In this document: piece after piece, positions 22,001 to 32,700 of the stretch
How positions within the stretch are numbered: the first letter of the stretch is position 1
Layout of the letters: each line of letters begins with the position of its first letter
DNA from: Pelomyxa schiedti
Taxonomy: Eukaryota > Protista > Evosea
NCBI GenBank assembly: GCA_020536535.1
Contig: JAHLWZ010000673.1
Span: 1 to 43,105, forward strand
DNA: 43,105 nt
Direction: 5' to 3'
Notes under the pieces: generated by a model
Told to the model about the DNA's origin: nothing
Seen by the model: the letters and a program-made list of their open reading frames with translations, nothing else
Databases searched by the model: none
Made by a program: the position numbers and the translations under genes

Positions 22001-24196
22001 TCATCTCAAATTTGGTGCATCATATGCTCCTTTATGGTTTGGCAGAAGAAGGAGTAAGATTCCCTTTTGGCAGCAAGCGTTCTTACATTCACAGATATTA
22101 CGGCATGCTGGCGATAAAGAACTTGTTGAAGAAATCAAAATGAACATAGATAACTCGAAGGTACTTCTCTTTTGGAATGTCCTTTACTGATATACTATGT
22201 TTAGGTCACCAGCTTTAGTTTCCTTGGAATGTACATTCACAATGTCGCCACTATTTTTAAACAGTTTTTGAGAGGTAACTACAAGTAGCCTTTTGCATAT
22301 TAACTCTATTAGAGCTACCCGAGCCACTGATTCCCTATAACTTGTAGGTGTCAAAAGTAAAGTAGTACTCAATTCACACCTCGTTCCACAGGTGCGAGCA
22401 GTTCTTTTCCATCACGGCACTCCCTAAAACGACACATGCGTCTGCTCTCACAATACTGCTTCGTGACCAGCTTTCCCCAGTTGCTCATCACCTCTGCCTG
22501 CTGAGACTGGTTCTACACTGCCTCTATGTTATATCTCTTAATAGTCATTTAAACCAAATGACTCCCGAAAACATCGCTATTGTCATGGCTCCTAATGTGT
22601 TCAGACTTCCTCGTATTATCCTAATTTTTATGCACACTTTGTTAATTTCCAAAATAGCTGGAGCTGACCCTGTGGCACAAATACCGTTCACACCAAAGGC
22701 AAATATTGTAATGGCATCTATGGTAGCAAATTACCCGACCCTGTTTGGCACGTTTCCTGGGAGGGCACATTGAATTTTTTTTTTCTTATTTTTTCCTCAG
22801 AATCTCCCGATTCTCCTTTTCAAGACGAGGATATAGAATTTGTGAAATTCAAAAGAAAACTCGCGTCCTTCCCTAAGACCACTCTCCACAATATTGCACA
22901 CATTTCTTCAGTAAATCAGGTTTGAATACCTCTCTCGTAGAGGTAAACGAGTGAAAAGCTTAGATTCCATTTCAGATGTGGATCTTTGACCTTGATGGTA
23001 ACAACATCGTGGCCGATACAACTCAAGGTGCTTTTATATCAAGGACTGCACTGAGTGGAATGAAGACTCTTTCCGGTGCATGTGCAAGTGGGGCCAACGT
23101 GTGGTTAACAGCCTCAAACGGCCTTTCTGTGGTTTCTATCTCCACACATTCTGTTGTCTTTCAGGTTCTAGATTTGCAAAACCTGTAAAAGTGTTGAATT
23201 ACCTTAGGCAGAACATCCCTGTTTTGGTGTTGTGGCAAATGGGACTGAAGTCTGGGTTGGAGGTCAGGGATGTATTTATGTATATGATGGAATTTCCTTT
23301 GAAATGGTACCTGGACTTTTTGTAATATTCATCAGTTGAAGCCTCTCATTAGATTAAATCTATCGGTCTTGGCGAAGGTAATGTTATGAATCTCATCAAA
23401 GTTGGCTCTTCCATGTGGTGCTCCACCCACCAAATAAATTCCCCTACGCAGGATGTGTGTATTTCAAGTTTGGCCAAGTTCTTACTATCGAAGATACATA
23501 TTTTGGATTGTTTAACATACTGCCACGAATCCCGCTTTGCTGCTCACAGCAAAAAAATCAACTGCCTTTGCAACGTTGAAGGTACTACCGTCTGGAGCTG
23601 TTGTGATGAAGGTAAGCCATTACCACACTGTTCTCGTTTCACCATTCTGCAGGAGTGATTTCAGTATGGGACATTTCCTCACAAAGACGTAAAGAAAAAC
23701 TCGTAGTGTTCCATCTGTGTGTTCATTGGTAGAAACTAATGCACAATAGGAACTTGATGAAGGGCCTATCTATTGCCTTGCTGCACTAAGAAAGGTACTA
23801 ATTCCTGAAAAAAAAAAAAAAAACCGGCAGTAGAACCTAACTCTGGAATAGCAAGTGTGGGCATCTACTCGCAGCAATATGACTACAATATTTGAAGCTA
23901 GATCAAGCAAGTGTGTACCACCACCGAAATAAATTCCGGCAAGTCACCAACAGAAACACAGAAAAATTGGAAGAATAAAGGGATTCCACCGGGAGCCGGT
24001 GCTTTCCATCATACCACTTCCCACAAAATTCAAGTCCAACGTATCATCCTCCACAAATACCGGGGATGGCCGCCCCACAGCATGGGATATATGGACTCTA
24101 TCAGTTGATAGCGTGTGTGTATGGCATGCAAGGTACATGGACTGCAGGTTCGCTGACAAACCAAAGGACAAGCTGAAAGCCTTCAAAAGCCTCTAG
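19091..24196 (+). CDS. Rho regulator: S/P-rich N-terminus, degenerate DH, PH, RhoGAP and a C-terminal beta-propeller-like region
   Basis: PH: MFKEGEI, LLLFSDCLAIC, FATDTTEEKQDWL. RhoGAP: FGVNL, VPIIIS, EEG-ILRHAG (arginine finger), IFKQFLR-ELPEPLIP, NQMTPENIAIVMAPN. Repeated VW-containing strands at the C-terminus. Confidence 0.85.
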
Positions 24197-24269
24197 AGCC
24201 TCCATAATCGTAAATTAAGCTCATCAAATCCTGAGTCTTTTTTTTTTTTGCTTTTCCAAGAAAACGTGC

Positions 24270-26416
24270 ATGGCGAATGAGATCGCCAGCAATACCGAAT
24301 CGAACTTGTCTACGACCCACTTTTACTGGGACCAAGTATTCAGCGGACTACATCAAACACGAGAAAACCCCCATTGACTTTACCCATTTAGGACACCCTC
24401 AAGCTAGACACGTTTGATTTCAGCCGGCCAAGTATCGCTCCCCTGTCACCAATTGGCGGAATTGCTCATTCTCGTAGCTCTGATTCTAACGAGCCGTCTT
24501 GCTCCACACCAATTGGTACAACTGCGAGCTCGATTTGCAGCTTCTCACAGACAACTCCCGATATCCCGGTCCTGCCCCCTCTTTGTTGTCATTCCAGCTC
24601 CCAGAGTGCCAATGATGGTGTCGAAACAACAAAACCAACAGCGGGAGCAGAAAGAGCAGGTCTCGCCGAAAGTGAGGTGGATTCATATCTTCCAAGGTCA
24701 CCTCAGCTGTCCCCCGTCTCGCCGATACGATTCTCGCCATCTCTTGCATTTTGTGCCGATGGATTGGCTGGAAACTACGATGATGGGGAAGAATCTGCAA
24801 ACCAAAACGTTCAGAACTGTGGTTCTGATGAGTTATCAAGCCCAAAAGTAAGTGCACTCAGTTTTGACTCGGGGGACGAACAACCTCTTGTGGGGACAAG
24901 TGTCATCATTGTGGGAAGTCCTAAGAAACCTTCAGAACCAATGAAGGTTCCCTCTGAGGCAGATACTCTTGACCTTAGTGTGGAAGTGTTGGAAGTGCGC
25001 ACAGTAAGAAAACGTGCTTCAAGTTCATCTCATTTCCCTGTAGTCAAACCCCATGGGGTTAAGCACGAGAGAAAGAACAGACATAAACATTCCCGCAGTC
25101 CGACAGCAGAAACCATAAGAGCTTTGTTTGCACAGAATTCGGACCTAATAGAAGATATAGAAGACAGTACTTCAGCGTCCTCTCAATCCTCGGTCTCTTC
25201 ATCTTCTTCAATTTCATCAATTTCTTATGATCTCCAATTAAAACGTGCCATGATAGCCAAGTCTAAGCATCCAACTGGGCGATCACCAAAATCAAAAAAG
25301 AATGTGATCATGCCTATCCTTGCATACAATCCAAAACAGAAGCGCGTCAACGTTGTTCTGCAACCAGCCACTCCTAAAGGAAAAACTACAAAAACCACTT
25401 CAAAGGTCCTTCTCGGGCGAGATCCTGGTGGGAACTCCCAAACTTCAGTGTGTTCATCAAGAAACTATGGTGATTTAGCATTGAAATTAACAGGACTTCA
25501 TAGCAAAGACCCAACCTTTAAATCAAACATGCCGCAATACCATAGGTTGCAGCTGGACTTCCATCAGTTAACCTTCACAGGCATGTCTTTCTTTGTGGAC
25601 AAAATACCTATTACGCAAACAACATCACCCAGCGAACTCCAAACATTGATCAATACTTGTGGCGGAAATGTATATGTGCACATCAGAGATTTTACCGCAT
25701 TGTGCTCAGAACGGGTAGGGGTTAGCTCCGCCAACCAACCCAAGCCACTTTTTGTGAGTGATACCTCCCGCTCCAATTGTAGGAAGTTCCTCCTTGCAGT
25801 ATGCTGCCGTGCAACCCTTGTATCTCACAAGTGGATAGTTGAATGCACGCAAAGAAGATCCATCTGCCCAATTGGACAATACATCCTTCCTGCTGGTATT
25901 GATACCTTCACCAAAACGCCGGTGATCTTTTCCTGTAAGGATGACCTTATACCCGTCACACCACTGCAGAATTCCACTGCTGCCATTTCCGGCACAGCTG
26001 AATTCACCAAAGCCTGGTCACAGATTCTAAAGCAACTTGGTGCCCAAGTTCTATCCCCTTCTTCTTCCTCCACCAAATCACCCGACTACATTGTTTCCCA
26101 ATCCTTCCCCTCGACCTCTCCCCCAAGACACATCCCAGCCCTAACTGCACAGTGGGTGATCCAGTGTGCACTATCTGGGTTATGGGTGGACCACACCACC
26201 AGCCCCGCTCTTCATTGGGAACTAGCCACAAACCAAATCATCGCCACCCCATCACAATTACAATCACATTCACAATCACCCAAAGCTGCTTCAGCCCCTC
26301 ATTCCACTATCACCAAATCCCGTTCGGAGGTTCTCCCACCAACACAACCACACCAACAAAGGGAGACCCCTCACAACCCAACAACCAAACGAAGAAGGGT
26401 GGCTTCTGCCCTCTAG
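24270..26416 (+). CDS. Tandem-BRCT protein of the 53BP1/Crb2/Rad9 type with a long disordered N-terminus
   Basis: RKFLLAVCCRATLVSHKWIVEC...YILPAG...WSQILKQLGA...QWVIQCALSG parallels the 53BP1 BRCT pair. One short intron near 24336-24391 joins the ATG at 24270 to the 579-aa ORF. Confidence 0.8.
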
Positions 26417-26591
26417 GAGGGGTTCACCCTGCTTACCTTACAATCCCTTGTAGTTGGTTTGAAAAAAAAAAAAACGAGGCCTATGTCCAATTGCAGCACA
26501 AAAAAGTGAAGAGGTTAAAAATCTCGTAAATCAAACATATTAATAGTTGTGAACTTCTTGGTACAAATATCTGACAGAAAAAGTTGAGATC

Positions 26592-27994
26592 TCATTCCTC
26601 CCAAGGCATTAATCTACCAGTATGATAGAACGCAATAACAGCCGTGATTGATGCCACAGCAAGTACGGCTGCACATACAAAGCCCCCGGCAAGGAGTCTC
26701 TTTGGATATCCCTTTGCCACCATAGCAATTAGAACTCCAAGTGCCGGCAGTATAAATCCACAAACTGAAGCCAAAATTCCCATGAATTGTGCAAGGTGAA
26801 TATCATTGAAGACGATTCCCACGATAGTCAATATGGCGAAGATGGCTGTATACACCAAAAGAAGCCCCCATGCAGCACACATATGTGATGTAAACACAGT
26901 GTACTATCATGTTCTTGATTACTGGGAGGAAGAAAAAGTGAGGAAAACCAACCTGAGGAACCGGGACAATGGTGTCATGTGACATGTTGCGGAGCAATCT
27001 TAAAACATTGACAAGGTAAATCGTGCTCGGAACCATGTAAATCACCTGCATCAAGCACCAGCAGTACCACAGCCAAAACCACAGCTCATCTTGGTCGGAC
27101 CACAGCATAGCCATGAGAAACCCAATTGACAAGTCCAAGCACCCTATAATCGAAAATGAAAGAGTACTCCCTATTTGGTGGTTAAGGAAGCACTGATTGA
27201 TGGCTATTTGAACCTGTGAGGTGCTCATTCCTCCATGTGAACAACACGGAATGCCAGAACCAATGCGAGTAAATGGAAATCATAAAAGTGAGAAACCCTA
27301 AAGGCCATGTTGCCCAATAAGCAACCGATGCAACCTGATGGCACAGCAGTGAGTTCAGGGAATATGGCTACTTTGTGCACACCGAGAGGATCAAATTGGA
27401 AATCAACAGAAACACCCATAAACGGATTGCAGAGCGTTTCCTCTGTTGGGATTCACACCACATTGACAGAGTCGATGAACCTCTGAAACCACTGCAACGT
27501 GATGAATTTAAATTTCACTCACTTCAGCAAGGAATAAGTGGGAAGGAGAGAAACACATACGTGGCAATATATTCTTTGACAGAACATGATTTCGGAAGCA
27601 CCGACCTTGACCTTGCTTCAGCGAACAGGAGGCAGCCCAATGCAAAACCTTTGAGGGTCATCCCATTCTTTTCCTGTTCGACCATGTTGGCGATGCTGTC
27701 AATTTGAAACGGTGATGCTTCCTCATTGTCAGCCTTCCATTTTTTCTTCACATCCTCCACTGACACCAGGTCCGTGTCTCCTGGTGAGTGCTGTGAATTC
27801 ACCCTGAGAAAACAAACTCAGGAACCTTTTCCCTTTGGGAGAGCATTGAATAGCAAGGATGCCTTTTCCCACTCAGTGGAGGGAACCAAAGAGAATTCTG
27901 GTCGTTCTTGTTGTTTCGAGCTTCCTGCATCGTCGTCAACTACCACAACATCCTTCAGCTCAACGTGCTTCAACTCTGGTGATTTGGACTTCAT
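26592..27994 (-). CDS. Multi-pass membrane protein with an N-terminal EH/EF-hand-like region (paralog B), 6 exons
   Basis: MKSKSPELKHVELKD...IDSIANMVE...KGFALGCLLF...SCSVKEYI...FWLWYCWC...KGYPK. Intron positions match paralog A. Confidence 0.8.
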
Positions 27995-28280
27995 TAGTCT
28001 TTCTTTGTTTTTTTTTTACAGTTTGGTTGTTGGTCTTTCGGTGTTTTTTGGGCCAATGCAAAACTGAGCAACATTACTCCCCGATGTTGCACAAATGCCA
28101 TGTAAAGGAAACCCCATGTCCCATAGATGAGTTGATCAGCAAGTCATTTGGTTTGGTTTGGCACTGGCGGTTTTCCTTTTTGTTGCAAACACCCTTTGAA
28201 AGACAGAAGAACTTCCAGGGCCCGATCAAAAAAACTCGATTCCCGGAAACCACAGAGACAAAGAGAAACAACAGCACAGG

Positions 28281-29603
28281 ATGAAAAGATTATTGGGAAG
28301 AGGAAACTGGGCAGTGGTCGCGCAGGGAGCTGATGCCAAGTGCCAGTTCCTCGCTTTAGCTTGTGGCGCCCTCGTTCCTCGTTGTCGTTGTACTCGCCAG
28401 GACACGTCATCATCATCACGAGGCTGTTTTGTTGGTCTTCTTCCACCCGCGGTCCTTGTGGACATTCTGGGAAAGGGGTGGATCCTCAGGCCTGAGAGGA
28501 ACCTCGTCATCACTTTCTCACTCAGAGATGACATGACCGTCTTCTTCTCAGTCTCTCACACCCTCGGGATTCTTGTTCACCCACAGCCGGTCTCGCTCCC
28601 GCAATCATTCCTGGGGTGGATTGGTGGCAACAGCTCTGTGATTTTGCACTACCAGCAGAGTTCGCACTCCGAAGTCGAATTGGGTGTGAGTGTGATGGAC
28701 ACGTCATCAGGAAAACTGACAAGCCAGCTGCTGAGGGGCATCACTGTTGACACTGGTTTTATATGCTGTTGTAACAGTCGGTGGATTGCCACTATCAAGT
28801 GGGAGAAACACGACAAGACTCTTTCTGTTTGGAGAGTTGCAGATTCTTTGCCTCAGAGGCCGAAGAAAGTGTTCAATTTTCCATGGACTAGGGACACTGG
28901 TGGCCGTTATTCTCCAAATGTGGAGATGAGATTCTATGGGCACTCATTGGATAGTGATGTCATTGAGCTTATGTTGTGCAAACAGCGGTCCGACGGCAGC
29001 AAGATAGTTCGCATTCTCCACGTGGATTTGAACAAGGCAATGCAAGAAGGCTGGTGTATATCAAATGAGAATGTTATAGCGGAGTACAATAATACCATGG
29101 CGATTTGGGTTACGCTCGCGAATACCCTGGTTCAGAGGCCACAGAATCAATTCTACTTCCCTTTTTCCCCCGAAACAACAACAGGAAAAAGTATCCTCCA
29201 ACTTGCGCACCTCAACACCGGCAACACAATCACGTGGCTCGACGGAAAACTCTCCCCCTGCCCCACCTCAAGAGTTGATGATTCACACCTCGCTATCACT
29301 GAAAACAACAACGCAATAACCTCAGTGTTCAATCCTTTGTCCTCGCGACCCTCTGAGCCATGTTTTGTGCATGTACACCCACCACGCACCACCAAGGTTG
29401 TGGTTGGTTGTGGCCTCATAATTGCTGATTCAACTCCCCGCCATCCCTTCATCAATAAGTTCCTGGGTCCACTGCCAACAGTTCACACAATAACAGATGC
29501 AACAACGGGCACACACCTTGTGACTCTGCAGCACGAAATTTTGGTACCTGTGAGCACCTACCGAATTCGTATCGTTCCCTTCTCCCGACCAGCAAATTCA
29601 TGA
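28281..29603 (+). CDS. Orphan-family protein (same family as 11108-12278), intronless, 440 aa
   Basis: Long clean ORF with N-terminal AKCQFLALACG...PRC...LLPPAVLVDIL and C-terminal ITDATTGTHLVTL. These parallel ARDQMLALA...PRC and VIDALTGFTVL in the other member. Confidence 0.8.
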   Translation: MKRLLGRGNWAVVAQGADAKCQFLALACGALVPRCRCTRQDTSSSSRGCFVGLLPPAVLVDILGKGWILRPERNLVITFSLRDDMTVFFSVSHTLGILVHPQPVSLPQSFLGWIGGNSSVILHYQQSSHSEVELGVSVMDTSSGKLTSQLLRGITVDTGFICCCNSRWIATIKWEKHDKTLSVWRVADSLPQRPKKVFNFPWTRDTGGRYSPNVEMRFYGHSLDSDVIELMLCKQRSDGSKIVRILHVDLNKAMQEGWCISNENVIAEYNNTMAIWVTLANTLVQRPQNQFYFPFSPETTTGKSILQLAHLNTGNTITWLDGKLSPCPTSRVDDSHLAITENNNAITSVFNPLSSRPSEPCFVHVHPPRTTKVVVGCGLIIADSTPRHPFINKFLGPLPTVHTITDATTGTHLVTLQHEILVPVSTYRIRIVPFSRPANS

Positions 29604-29722
29604 AGGAAATTAAAAATGCATGAAAGCAATAGAAGAAAGAATTTTTTTCTTGTTGTTACTTTTTGGTAGTTAATTACACCTTTGGTTTTTTTGGGAGTGA
29701 GTGTTATGTGGTGAGGAGATAA

Positions 29723-32700
29723 TTAGGGTTTTTTAGTGATTTTTGCCAGGCTGCTGGTTGACCTGGTGTGCATGAGGTGTGCACTGTGCCGTAATGGTGA
29801 CTCAATCACTCTTGATGTTATGGCCTTACGGCTGAATTCCTCAGTTATGACTCTCATCTCTTGAAGGCACCGGGAAAACGCGGCGTGGTCCGGACTTTCT
29901 CTGTTAATATACAACACAACCTCCTGTAGTATTTGGTTTTGTAGGGTGGCTTCGTTAGAACAAAACAGAGAATATGCTGAATTAGACCTGACAAAAGAGG
30001 AGGTACTCAGATAATCTCCTCAGTGGTTTTTCCAGTAATGGTTTGAGTTCATTCTTTTCCTTTAGTCCTCTGGCCTGGAAATGGAGGTTAAACTAAGCCT
30101 TTCACCACGAAATAGAGCATACCACAACGAAGTTATGGAATTTGAGTGAGGTTCCATCTAAAACCTCAAGTTGGTCTGTGTGGTTTGAAAGATAAGTGCG
30201 GTATAATGTGAGAACCTTAGTGTTTTGACTGAGTTTTTTTTTGGAAATGTTGTGAATCATACAGTTTCAAAGTGTCCAAGTATGATTTTTACATCCAAAG
30301 CCTGTGTGTCCTCGGGTATTTTGGAGAGGAAACTGGGTGTGACAGAAGAGTTATCCCTTAATGTTACATTGTGGTAAAAACCTTTGATGGTTTGCGAGCA
30401 GTTTATCAAACCCGTTATTCAGAGTACCTGCCATTATAGCAAGGAGATCTACACTTGATGGGCTGTGGATGATAGGCTGCAGGAACGTCTGCCGTCTTGT
30501 TATTTGTCAATGGTTTGACATCATTGAAAAATACCCGAAGAGTGTTGTCCAAGAAAGAAGTGTATTCTTTCTCTGTATCAACAAATTGGGTGATGAGAGC
30601 TTGTTTCTTCTTTTCGTGTTCAATTTCTTGAAGCTCCAAGAACTTCTTGGATCCTTCTGATGAAGATGCTACCTGTAATATGTTATCACAGCAGGAAATA
30701 TTGCATTCATGGCACCTGATCCACAAAAGCACTTGCAAGTAGAGATTCTTGTGCAGCTGATATTTTCTCTTGTATAAATTTCTTCCATTCATCTTTTTCA
30801 GCAACAGTCTGTGCTTTGAAGACCAGAACACAGTCTGTGCACATGAGTCTAAATGACATTGCTTCCCCCATGATATCTTGCAGCGAGCTGGTTTGTAGAT
30901 GCGCCAGGTTGCAAAATTTGTGCTTGTCTTTTTTTATTTCCTTGGTGACAACAAGTATATCAGAGAACAGCCATAAGTGCCGTTTATCTTTGTTCACTTT
31001 CATTGGCCCGTCTTTTAAGAAGTGGCGTCTGTGGGCTGCATTTGATTGTTGTGATAGGGTGATTGGAAGATCCACTATCTTGTTTTGGACTTCTGTGAGC
31101 TGTGCAATATTGTCGGCTTCGCTACGATGTTGATTTATATAATCGGCTAGTGCTTTTACAGACTCGAGTGCTCGTTTTAGAGGATCGTGATCAGGGTGGC
31201 CTTCTGGGGTTGACTTCAGGAGATCAGTGAGAAGAAGTACATCTGTTTCTGTTAGAATATTACAACAAAAGTAAGAAGGTACATCGTGGAATCCTTTGCA
31301 CTGGTGTTATAAGCAATCCATTTACATTCAACCCGAGAAGTACTGGAGTGTATTCCATGCCCTTTTGACCCTAAGTGTGACATACTACCAAAGGAACAAA
31401 CCGAAACGTAAGCCTTAAATTCGGGGTATTTCTCCAGGCATATTTTTAGAGTATTCATAGAATTGTCAAAGTTGTTGATGTAGTGCTGTAAAGTGGGTTA
31501 AGGGATTGCTCCTAACTCCAGAAACGGATCTCTTACCTTGTAGAGCTTCAAGAAGCCCATCTTGGATTGGAAACATTTAGTAGGGTTCAATGAATGCAGG
31601 GGAAAAAACTAACATTAAGAAAGATCTCTCCAAGACCTTAAAAAAGATGTTGAATAAGCAAAATGAGAAAATGAGATGAGAGAAAACCTGAATTGCCTGA
31701 CCATGAATTCAAGTGGCCAGATATTGTATCTCGTAGTCTGAATTATGTTAGGGTGTACATTGAAAAATTATAAGGCACTGGGTCCAACCTTGCATGACAA
31801 TCCCTAATAACTAAAACGAGTCAAAAAAAGATGGTCAAACATTGAGGGTAGAGTAGGACCTGCAACATTTGAAAAGAGGTTGTGTACATCTTCTTTAGAC
31901 ACACCCAGTGAATGAGGTTTGTTGAGTTTGTCAAGGAATTTCTGAATTGGTCAGATGGAGTAGTGGCAAACAGAAACAAACCGAGACAACAGTATTCAAA
32001 ACTCCAACATAGGTTGTCTCTGTTGTGAGTATCTCATTAGCAATCTGTTTTCGTTTTTTAATGAGTCCTTGAAGAGTTTCTTCTGGAATCGAAGTGGCCC
32101 AAGTGCCCAGATCTTCAGGAGATTCAACTATTGTGATAGAGGAACCAAGAGGATTTGCACTAGAAGGTGATGCACTAAGAGGTGACGTTCCAGTTGGGGA
32201 GGCACCAAGTGGTGAAGAGCTAAGTGGTGAACTACCAGGAGGTGTGCCGTATGAATTGGAGGACAAACTGAGGTTTCTAGGCCGGGATTTATCATCTTCA
32301 TCTTTGTCTTTACTTGTGTCGATAACTTGAACATTTTATGTTAGATGCAGCATTGTGGAAAGGGACTTACAGGGTCCAGCACTGGATCGTCTCGGTTGTG
32401 AACTCAAATCACTTTGTACTAACATTGGATGCACTGCGGTTACTGAAGAAACAGACAGACTTCGCTGAAAAGGTTTATTTGTGCTGGCAGTAGCTGCTGC
32501 AATTGGAGACACAGAAGCTCTGGTAAATGCCGGAGGGGATGCAGCGGGTGGAAGAGTAGGTGGAGGAGATGCAGGAGGAAGACCTGTTGGAGGGGATCCT
32601 GGTGGTTGAGCTGTGGGAGGAAGAGTAGCGGGAGGTGCTGCTGCTGGTGGTAAGGTTGCTGGAGGGGCAGACGGTGGGGGAGGTGTGGTGGGAGGTGCTG

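Noticed and set aside
14301-24196. Many short stop-interrupted ORFs suggesting pseudogenes or stop-codon reassignment
   Set aside because: Where checked, the stops fall within short GT-AG introns, and TAA, TAG and TGA all serve as true terminators in this window.
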